From a virus, in IMG/VR virus record IMGVR_UViG_3300010376_000011, positions 1-57,131 of that record: a DNA stretch of 57,131 bases; one strand, 5' to 3'. Positions within the stretch are counted from its first letter, which is position 1. Each line of letters begins with the position of its first letter. This document shows, piece after piece, positions 51,216 through 57,131 of the stretch. The translations under genes and the position numbers were made by a program. The notes below the pieces were generated by a model. It was not told the DNA's origin, did not search any database, and saw only the letters and a list, made by a program, of their open reading frames with translations.

Positions 51216-51661
51216 GTAGAAAGAAACAAACAGATAAGGCACCAGCAGAAGGTCCACCCGATGACTTCTGCGATTGGTGGAATCCATCGGGCACACACGA
51301 ACCAAGCGGCGCGAGCGTTGGCGGGCATCCTGATGCAGTGCGCGTATGGGCGCGCAAAGAGCCTGGCAAATGGCTTCGCCGCACTTACGGCATCGCTGCG
51401 AGTCATGCGTGGCTCGTTCAATGTTACCGCGGTCAGTATCAGGAATGGCTGGATGCTGGCAGTCCAACAAACCTGCCGCATTTCGTTTCACTCGCTGAGC
51501 CGATGCCAGAGCAAACTGCTTTCTGGAAACGTCTCGGTGCAAGCTTAAAGGCAATCGTCAAGCCGATGCCGAAGACGCCGAGTGAAATTCGGAATCCGTT
51601 GACGAACAGGGCAGCAGCGAACGGCGCCATCGACTTTAGCAGGGAGCCTGTCGATGAGTGA
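51212..51661 (+). CDS. Hypothetical protein
   Basis: ATGA coupling; 149 aa. Confidence 0.55.
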   Translation: MSRKKQTDKAPAEGPPDDFCDWWNPSGTHEPSGASVGGHPDAVRVWARKEPGKWLRRTYGIAASHAWLVQCYRGQYQEWLDAGSPTNLPHFVSLAEPMPEQTAFWKRLGASLKAIVKPMPKTPSEIRNPLTNRAAANGAIDFSREPVDE

Positions 51662-52112
51662 GCACACCTTTGAGCGAACCGTGTGCGCTTGCTCGCGCTG
51701 CGTGCAGTGTTGCAAGAGGCAGCCGGGAGCCTTCGCGGCAGGCGAAGTCGAACGGCTAGTAGATCACGTTCAGAAAACGCAAGGATTGAGCGCCGAGGAT
51801 GCGCTTATGTCAGTCAAAGCGCAAATATGGGCCAGCCCAGGTGCGCTTGTAATCTGGAACGGCAAGATAGTTCGCATCGGTTCCATCACGCCGCGATTCC
51901 GCAGAGGTCGTTGCGTCTTTCTCGACGCTAATGATCGCTGCTCGATTCATGCGGTGGCACCGTTCGGCTGCGCAATGTTCGACACTCACATGAGTCGCGA
52001 AGAAGGCGACAAGCGGAGCGTCCATCTCGCGCGGTCGCACATGAAACCTGAATACCAACAGCTACGGGCGACGCTGCCTTATGCACAACACTACAAACCT
52101 AATGCCTACTAA
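51654..52112 (+). CDS. YkgJ/UPF0153-type Cys-rich (CxxCxxCC) zinc/iron-chelating protein
   Basis: CACSRCVQCCK ... RCVFLDANDRCSIHAVAPFGC. Confidence 0.7.
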   Translation: MSEHTFERTVCACSRCVQCCKRQPGAFAAGEVERLVDHVQKTQGLSAEDALMSVKAQIWASPGALVIWNGKIVRIGSITPRFRRGRCVFLDANDRCSIHAVAPFGCAMFDTHMSREEGDKRSVHLARSHMKPEYQQLRATLPYAQHYKPNAY

Positions 52113-52341
52113 GAAAAAGCAGTTCACGTTCGCAGAGCACAAAGAAGCGACTGCTGTTGACTGCGAGACAATTGCCAAGCTGATTCAAAAAGTCGCAGCG
52201 AAGGCACGCGACGGAAACATTCGCGCCTTCGAAGAGTTCTGGATTAGCGATGGCACAGAAGAAGGCGACGCGCAGATCAACGCACTCCGCGAACTCGCCG
52301 TGCTTCGCTTCCAATATAGAGAGGAGAACTTAATCAAGTAA
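52102..52341 (+). CDS. Hypothetical protein
   Basis: Track ORF 52081-52341; ATG 52102 minimises the overlap with the upstream gene. Confidence 0.45.
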   Translation: MPTKKKQFTFAEHKEATAVDCETIAKLIQKVAAKARDGNIRAFEEFWISDGTEEGDAQINALRELAVLRFQYREENLIK

Positions 52342-52907
52342 TGTGTCGAATACCGAAGCGGCTCAAGCAGCGGCCGCAATTCAAAGGGCTGCCGATTCCT
52401 TACATCGCGCTCATCAATGATGATGGAAAGCCAGACTTCCGCGTCACCGATGAAGCGAAGAGGCATAGCGTGATGATGAACAAATGGTGTCAGCTTTGCG
52501 GCCAGCCGTTAGGCAAGTTCAGTTTCTTTGTCGGCGGCAAGAAGGCAGCAGCAGCGAACCAATACTTCGAACCTGGCTGTCACCTTGACTGCCTGATCTA
52601 CGCGATGCGCGTCTGTCCGTTCATCGCTGGCAAGATGCAGCATGTCGATCTCGCGAAGGTGCAGAAAGAATACGAGCAGCAGGTGAGTCGCGTCGCGGAA
52701 GGCGTGCGGATTCAAGCTGACGATTCATTCACAGTCGAGAAGGATGAGTATTGGGTTATCAAGAAAGCAATCGGTTGGAGCTATGTGCGCACGCACGGCA
52801 ACACGATTCTCTTGATTCCGGCAGCAGTGAAAACAACTCCGCCTCTGCACGCTCAGAGCATGAGCGCAGAGGATTGGAACAAAACAATGAAATGGCTAAT
52901 GACATGA
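52341..52907 (+). CDS. Hypothetical Cys-rich protein
   Basis: 188 aa; CQLCGQPLG...GCHLDCLIYAMRVCPF. Confidence 0.6.
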   Translation: MCRIPKRLKQRPQFKGLPIPYIALINDDGKPDFRVTDEAKRHSVMMNKWCQLCGQPLGKFSFFVGGKKAAAANQYFEPGCHLDCLIYAMRVCPFIAGKMQHVDLAKVQKEYEQQVSRVAEGVRIQADDSFTVEKDEYWVIKKAIGWSYVRTHGNTILLIPAAVKTTPPLHAQSMSAEDWNKTMKWLMT

Positions 52908-53227
52908 AAGACTACAAAGAAATCGCGCCACCGAACGTGATTGGCATGACTTACGTTTTCAGTAAGGCATGGGCGAAAGGCGATCTCCGCATCTGGATTA
53001 CTCGCGACGTATATGGCTCGACTGGGATGCGCGCGGGCTCGCTGCGCTGGCATATGTCGATCAGCACTTACACACGCTATCCGACATGGAATGAAATCCG
53101 CGACGCTTGGTATGCGCTCAAGCCACCTGAGTGCAAAGACGTCACTGTCGCGATGATGCTCCCGCCAGAGCGCGAATACGTTAACCTTCACCCTAACTGC
53201 TTCCATCTACATGAAATCATCGACTGA
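52904..53227 (+). CDS. Hypothetical protein
   Basis: Internal ATG 52904 overlaps the upstream stop (ATGA); LRWHMSISTYTRYPTWNEI motif. Confidence 0.55.
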   Translation: MKDYKEIAPPNVIGMTYVFSKAWAKGDLRIWITRDVYGSTGMRAGSLRWHMSISTYTRYPTWNEIRDAWYALKPPECKDVTVAMMLPPEREYVNLHPNCFHLHEIID

Positions 53228-53474
53228 AAAGAAAACATCGAAGCGCGACGACGAGGCGCTTTACATCTTGCAAGATCGCGAAGGCGATTATGTCAGCAAG
53301 GTAAGCTCAAGCGGCAATGAGGCGATCAAACTCTTTTTCGATTTCACGAAAGACCGCGCGAAAGCAAAGCGATTCACTGCGAGCGATCTCAGCGCGCCAA
53401 TGGCATCGAGTTCATTCGAACATGAGTTCATCCGTGGCTACTCAGGCGGTCGCGTGATCGCAGTCCGACGCTAG
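53211..53474 (+). CDS. Hypothetical protein
   Basis: 87-aa ORF ending just before hairpin copy 6. Confidence 0.5.
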   Translation: MKSSTEKKTSKRDDEALYILQDREGDYVSKVSSSGNEAIKLFFDFTKDRAKAKRFTASDLSAPMASSSFEHEFIRGYSGGRVIAVRR

Positions 53475-53480
53475 GTAAAT

Positions 53481-53508
53481 CAGCTTAGCGTGTTTTCACG
53501 CTAAGCTG
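53481..53508 (+). terminator. Conserved 28-bp hairpin, copy 6 (inverted orientation, TTTT loop), followed by TTTCAATTTC
   Basis: cagcttagcgtgttttcacgctaagctg, perfect 12-bp stem. Confidence 0.65.
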
Positions 53509-53562
53509 TTTCAATTTCATTCCCTCAGAGCAAACCAAACAAACAAAACAGAAGGAGCACTA

Positions 53563-54180
53563 ATGAGTAAAGCAGTAGCAGAAAGAGAAGTGGACATAAC
53601 CAAAGCGCGGAATGAGATCGTCGCAGAGATCGACGACTTGTGGACGCACTACCAGTCAGGCGTTGAACAGATCGAGCGGAAGTATTTTCACTTGATGGGT
53701 GAAAAGTTCTTTGAGTTACGGAAAACGTTTCCAAAGAAACGAGGCGACAAGGAATTTGCTTCATTCTGCAAGAAGCATTGGCCGAAAATCAGCGAAGCGC
53801 AGCGGCATTACTACGTCGCTTACCGCAAGCGTTTAGGGCCGATCAGCGAGTTATCTCAAGATAAGTCGCTCCCACCGCTGCGTGAAGCGAAGCACAGGAA
53901 GCAGTGGCAGAAGGCGCAGCGCAAACGCTCGACATATAAACGGATTGTCGATGAAGAATTGAAAGAGCCAGCGCAGTTTGAAATCCCACGCACTGCGCAA
54001 GACGCGGAGAACGATCTGATTGTCGAGCTCGCAGGCAAGATCATCAGCGCAGGCTTCCGCGTGTTGTCAATCAAGATGCACCCTGACAAGGCAGGCGGTT
54101 CAACTGAGGCACAGCGACGATTGAACAGCGCGAAGCAACTGCTCCAAGATTCGCTGCAACGTCAATCGCTGCGCATCTGA
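53563..54180 (+). CDS. J-domain (DnaJ-like) protein
   Basis: C-terminus FRVLSIKMHPDKAGGSTEAQRRLNSAKQLL contains the HPD motif; CAGAAGGAG RBS. Confidence 0.7.
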   Translation: MSKAVAEREVDITKARNEIVAEIDDLWTHYQSGVEQIERKYFHLMGEKFFELRKTFPKKRGDKEFASFCKKHWPKISEAQRHYYVAYRKRLGPISELSQDKSLPPLREAKHRKQWQKAQRKRSTYKRIVDEELKEPAQFEIPRTAQDAENDLIVELAGKIISAGFRVLSIKMHPDKAGGSTEAQRRLNSAKQLLQDSLQRQSLRI

Positions 54181-54192
54181 AAGGAGCACTCA

Positions 54193-54732
54193 ATGCGAAT
54201 CAAGATACAAGCACGCATCCTGACAGATTATCTGGACAGGAAATTCAGCAACGGCGTTTACCGGCTGACCTTTGAGGACATTTGCCTCGGCATCTTCCGA
54301 ATCAAAGTCGTGCATCGCGAGCACATCATCGCAATCCGTGACGCTTGGCAATCATCGCAGAAACAGTTACGGCGCCGCGGTGTGTGCGCCATGCTGGTGA
54401 GCACGATGTATTTCGACGACTACCCGCGACGCGAACCGCGCGGCGTGGAAGCGATCAAAATGTGCATCGCCGGATATGGCGGACGCAAAGCAGGCGGAGT
54501 GCGTCTGCTGACAATGAAAGGCGCGCAGAACGATCCGATGGCGCTCATGTATTTTCACATGAGATCACGGAACGTGCGCGGCATGGTAGGAGCAATCGAA
54601 GACCGCATCACAGTGGAATGGACGCACGGCAAGCTGACAAAGCCGCGCGCTCGGATGCTCGTTGATGAAGTGATCGAGCCCGCGCTGCCAGAGCATGACG
54701 CGGACTTCAAGAAACTCATGGAGGACGAGTGA
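54193..54732 (+). CDS. Hypothetical protein
   Basis: GAAAGGAG RBS; 179 aa. Confidence 0.55.
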   Translation: MRIKIQARILTDYLDRKFSNGVYRLTFEDICLGIFRIKVVHREHIIAIRDAWQSSQKQLRRRGVCAMLVSTMYFDDYPRREPRGVEAIKMCIAGYGGRKAGGVRLLTMKGAQNDPMALMYFHMRSRNVRGMVGAIEDRITVEWTHGKLTKPRARMLVDEVIEPALPEHDADFKKLMEDE

Positions 54733-55709
54733 GCGATTGGCGCAGCGATCTCGCTGGCGCTCGGCAATCAGCAGTCAACGAAGAAAAGAAACGTGCAAAG
54801 GAACAGCGCGCCAAGGAACGCGCTGAGCGGATGCGAGCAGACAACCGCATGGCGCTCGCGCGACGCTTGATGAATGAATCGCCAAGCGCGCAGAGCAAAG
54901 CGCGCGAGCCAGTCAATCTGCAAGCGAAGCGCCTAACAGACAAAGCATCTGAATGGGCAAAGCCACCACCGCCGACACAATCTGAGATCAAGCGCGACGC
55001 ACTGATCGCCAAGAAGCGCGAGCACGAAAACGCGCTGATTCGGATTAACAAGATTCTGCGGAACACTTTGCCGTTCGCGAAATACAGAGAGATCAAGGCA
55101 TCGCGCGACAATCATGTGCGAGCGATCAGTAAAATCGAAATCGAACTTCAACAGGCAGAAAACAAAACAACAAAACAGGAAGGAAAACAAACTATGGCAG
55201 CAGGAAGTGAAATTCGTCAAGGTGGCATCCGCGACAAGGATTGCTTCCAAGACACGATGAGCGGCGGTAAGAAAGCAGGCGGTAATTCTGGAATACCAAT
55301 TGGCGAGAATCCGCAAGAGTTCTTCAATATCCATGAGGTAGCAGTGAGAGTGATCGCTGAGATTAACAAAGAGCCGCATCAACTGACTGCGCTCGCGCGA
55401 GCAGCGTTCGACGCGCGCAGCGTGTTGGATGAAAACATGAAACAGATCGTGCCATTGATGCAGGACTTTAATGCGCAGGTGAAAGTCGCGCTGGAAGACA
55501 TGCGGCAATCGCGCTTCGCAGTCGTAGGAGAGATCGCGCACTTGCTACAACCATTGAAAGATGTTCGTGCATTCTTGCTAGGCAGGGATTACGAAGTTGA
55601 GATCGCGCGCCTCAAAGAGTTCTGTGGTCTGTGCGAGCGACTCAAGGCACTCAAAGAAGACGGCACACTCGATGCGCTTGCGGACACCATCATCAAACTA
55701 GCCTTATGA
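54729..55709 (+). CDS. Hypothetical two-part protein (basic coiled-coil N-terminal half); possible internal start at 55194
   Basis: GTG start overlapping the upstream stop; an in-frame ATG 55194 is preceded by the leader/RBS motif used by other genes. Confidence 0.55.
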   Translation: MSDWRSDLAGARQSAVNEEKKRAKEQRAKERAERMRADNRMALARRLMNESPSAQSKAREPVNLQAKRLTDKASEWAKPPPPTQSEIKRDALIAKKREHENALIRINKILRNTLPFAKYREIKASRDNHVRAISKIEIELQQAENKTTKQEGKQTMAAGSEIRQGGIRDKDCFQDTMSGGKKAGGNSGIPIGENPQEFFNIHEVAVRVIAEINKEPHQLTALARAAFDARSVLDENMKQIVPLMQDFNAQVKVALEDMRQSRFAVVGEIAHLLQPLKDVRAFLLGRDYEVEIARLKEFCGLCERLKALKEDGTLDALADTIIKLAL

Positions 55710-55762
55710 CTTTTCTCCTCAGAGCATACAACACAAACAACAAACAGAAGGAAAACTAACTA

Positions 55763-56827
55763 ATGAAACAAGGTAGAACGCTACAAGAAGTAGCAAAACA
55801 AATCAGGGCAGATGCGAAGGCAAAACATGACTTCCGTGTGCCGACAGATAAACTGCGGTTCAATGCGAACCGACATTCACTCAATGTCGAGTTCAAGGCA
55901 GGCAAAGAGAGTTACAGCACGACGCCAACCAATCACTGCTTGAGGCAGATATGCCAGCGCAGCAAGATTCCGGCGCCGTATGTCGATCAGATGATGAGCG
56001 AGAATGGCGAGCACTCAGAATTGCTCGCTGAGAACATCAACTATTGGTGGCAACAGAAACCGGAGAAACGAATGCTGCGCACACTCATCAACGGCAGTCA
56101 AGTGGCGCGCGCTTTTATGAGCGAGCGTTACCGACCGCTTGAGAACGGCGATCTCGCTGCGGCAGTCTTGCCAAAGCTTGAGCGACTGGGATGCGAAATC
56201 CTGTCGTGCGAACTCACTGAGACTCGCTTCTACATTCAAGCGGCGACGCCAAAGATCGAAGCGAAGCTTGTCGGTGATCGAGTGCGTGCTGGCTGCTGCA
56301 TCACGAATAGCGAAGTCGGATGCGGCGCGCTCAACCTCAATGAATTGCTCTACTACCTTATTTGCAGGAACGGCATGGTGGCAGAGAAAGTCATGGGCAG
56401 GCATCACATCGGCAGGAAGACTGATCCTCTATTCGAATTGGATTCCGTCGCTGAATACTACAGCGATGCGACTCGCGAGATGGATGATCGTGCGTTCTGG
56501 ATGAAGGTCCAAGACGCAACCGATGCTCTGTTCGACAAAGACCGATTCCTGGCGCGCGTCGCGCAATTCGAAGCGACGACCGAACAGAAGATCAAGCCAG
56601 TCGAAGCGGTCGAAGAAATCACTGAGCGATTCAAGTTCAGTGAAGCTGAGAAGGATGCAGTGTTGGAGCATCTGATCGAAGGCGCGAAAGGCAACACGCT
56701 TTTCGGCCTCATCAATGCTGTAACCCGCACGGCGACAGACGTTGAGAGTTACGATCGCAGCATCGAGCTCCAGCGCGTCGGCGGCCAGATCATGGAGCTT
56801 CCAAAAACAATCTGGTCGCGGCACTAG
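55763..56827 (+). CDS. DUF932-family phage/plasmid-like protein
   Basis: HCLRQICQRSKIPAPYVDQM..ARAFMSERYRPLENGDL..CITNSEVGCGALNLNELLYYLICRNGMV matches the DUF932 pattern. Confidence 0.8.
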   Translation: MKQGRTLQEVAKQIRADAKAKHDFRVPTDKLRFNANRHSLNVEFKAGKESYSTTPTNHCLRQICQRSKIPAPYVDQMMSENGEHSELLAENINYWWQQKPEKRMLRTLINGSQVARAFMSERYRPLENGDLAAAVLPKLERLGCEILSCELTETRFYIQAATPKIEAKLVGDRVRAGCCITNSEVGCGALNLNELLYYLICRNGMVAEKVMGRHHIGRKTDPLFELDSVAEYYSDATREMDDRAFWMKVQDATDALFDKDRFLARVAQFEATTEQKIKPVEAVEEITERFKFSEAEKDAVLEHLIEGAKGNTLFGLINAVTRTATDVESYDRSIELQRVGGQIMELPKTIWSRH

Positions 56828-56864
56828 GATCGCGTTAAAACGGTTCTGAGCGCGGCGTCGCTGC

Positions 56865-56884
56865 AATGTTCCACATGGAACATT
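56865..56884. promoter_or_regulatory. Palindrome AATGTTCCA-CA-TGGAACATT upstream of the junction-spanning ORF
   Basis: 9-bp arms read directly; intergenic. Confidence 0.3.
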
Positions 56885-56942
56885 CAAAGCGCGCGCAGGC
56901 GGCAAGGCGGCGCTGCGCTCTGCCGGAGAAAGGAGTCACACA

Positions 56943-57131
56943 ATGCCAAATTGGATCAGTTGGTGGAATCCGAAGTCAGGCAAACGCACTTCATGCTCGC
57001 ATCTCGTCAACACAGGATACAAAGGGCGCACAGAATGTGGTCTGCCTGTGAGCTCGCTGATCGCGCCGGCTGGAAGGCTGCCGCGCTGCAAAGCGTGCCT
57101 CAACTCTTACGATAGAACAATCAAAAGGAGA
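56943..57131 (+). CDS. Small Cys/His-rich (zinc-ribbon-like) protein, 63 codons, cut by the window end; stop lies at nt 124-126 after circularisation
   Basis: GAAAGGAG RBS; MPNWISWWNPKSGKRTSCSHLVN..ECGLP..RCKACLNSY. Confidence 0.5.
   Translation, partial: MPNWISWWNPKSGKRTSCSHLVNTGYKGRTECGLPVSSLIAPAGRLPRCKACLNSYDRTIKRR
57009..57131. repeat. Terminal direct repeat, second copy (identical to 1-123)
   Basis: Direct comparison of both ends. Confidence 0.95.

Noticed and set aside
7171-53508. Whether the six identical hairpin repeats are a CRISPR array or MITE-like mobile elements
   Set aside because: The copies are 4-14 kb apart and are separated by genes, not short spacers. They have no flanking target-site duplications or terminal inverted repeats beyond the stem itself. 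Terminator or regulatory hairpins are the better explanation.
1-57131. tRNA, tmRNA or rRNA genes
   Set aside because: I scanned for T-loop-like GGTTCGAAT/GTTCGA motifs with matching acceptor stems. The only hits are inside coding regions and lack cloverleaf complementarity. A tRNAscan/Infernal run would be needed to exclude them formally.

Overview
The window appears to be a complete tailed-phage genome. Nt 1-123 are identical to nt 57009-57131, so the unique length is about 57.0 kb, and one small ORF reads across the junction. This fits a circular or circularly permuted assembly. Almost every gene is on the + strand, and many are translationally coupled by ATGA overlaps. The only convincing minus-strand gene is a ribbon-helix-helix protein at 7196-7408.

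Gene order:
- 39.3 kb through the junction to 4.3 kb: early genes. These include an SNF2 helicase, an Erf annealing protein, a Cas4/RecB-like exonuclease, endonuclease VII, an HNH-like protein, a replication initiator, a ParB-like protein, a J-domain protein, DUF932 and many small hypotheticals.
- 4.5-13.1 kb: lambda-like packaging and head module. It holds a Nu1-like TerS, a gpA-like TerL, gpW-like protein, portal, ClpP/S49-type protease-scaffold, gpD-like decoration protein and gpE-like major capsid protein.
- 13.1-33.6 kb: P2/Mu-like contractile tail and baseplate. It holds sheath, tube, chaperone with a putative -1 frameshift, tape measure with a lytic transglycosylase domain, gpX, gpD, gpV spike, gpU, gp25/gpW, gpJ, gpI and a gpH-like fiber.
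- 33.8-38.5 kb: a 7-deazaguanine DNA-modification island.

Most notable observations:
1. The modification island has DpdA, a ParB-like partner, QueD, QueE and a PRTase-FolE fusion. It has no recognisable QueC, and it carries an embedded GT-B glycosyltransferase-like gene and a second T-fold gene.
2. A 28-bp palindromic hairpin occurs six times at module borders, in both orientations. Three copies overlap stop codons.
3. A four-gene insertion sits between gp25-like and gpJ. It holds a 1389-aa signal-peptide repeat protein, a TIM-barrel glycosidase-like protein, a holin-like protein and a GH75 chitosanase-like candidate lysin.
4. A roughly 750-bp non-coding region carries tandem repeats and a promoter-plus-terminator pair that could delimit a small RNA.
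5. A 17-bp quasi-palindrome is present twice, once abutting the start of the RHH gene.

No tRNA, rRNA, CRISPR array, integrase or reverse transcriptase was seen. All functional calls come from reading motifs by eye. No database search was run.
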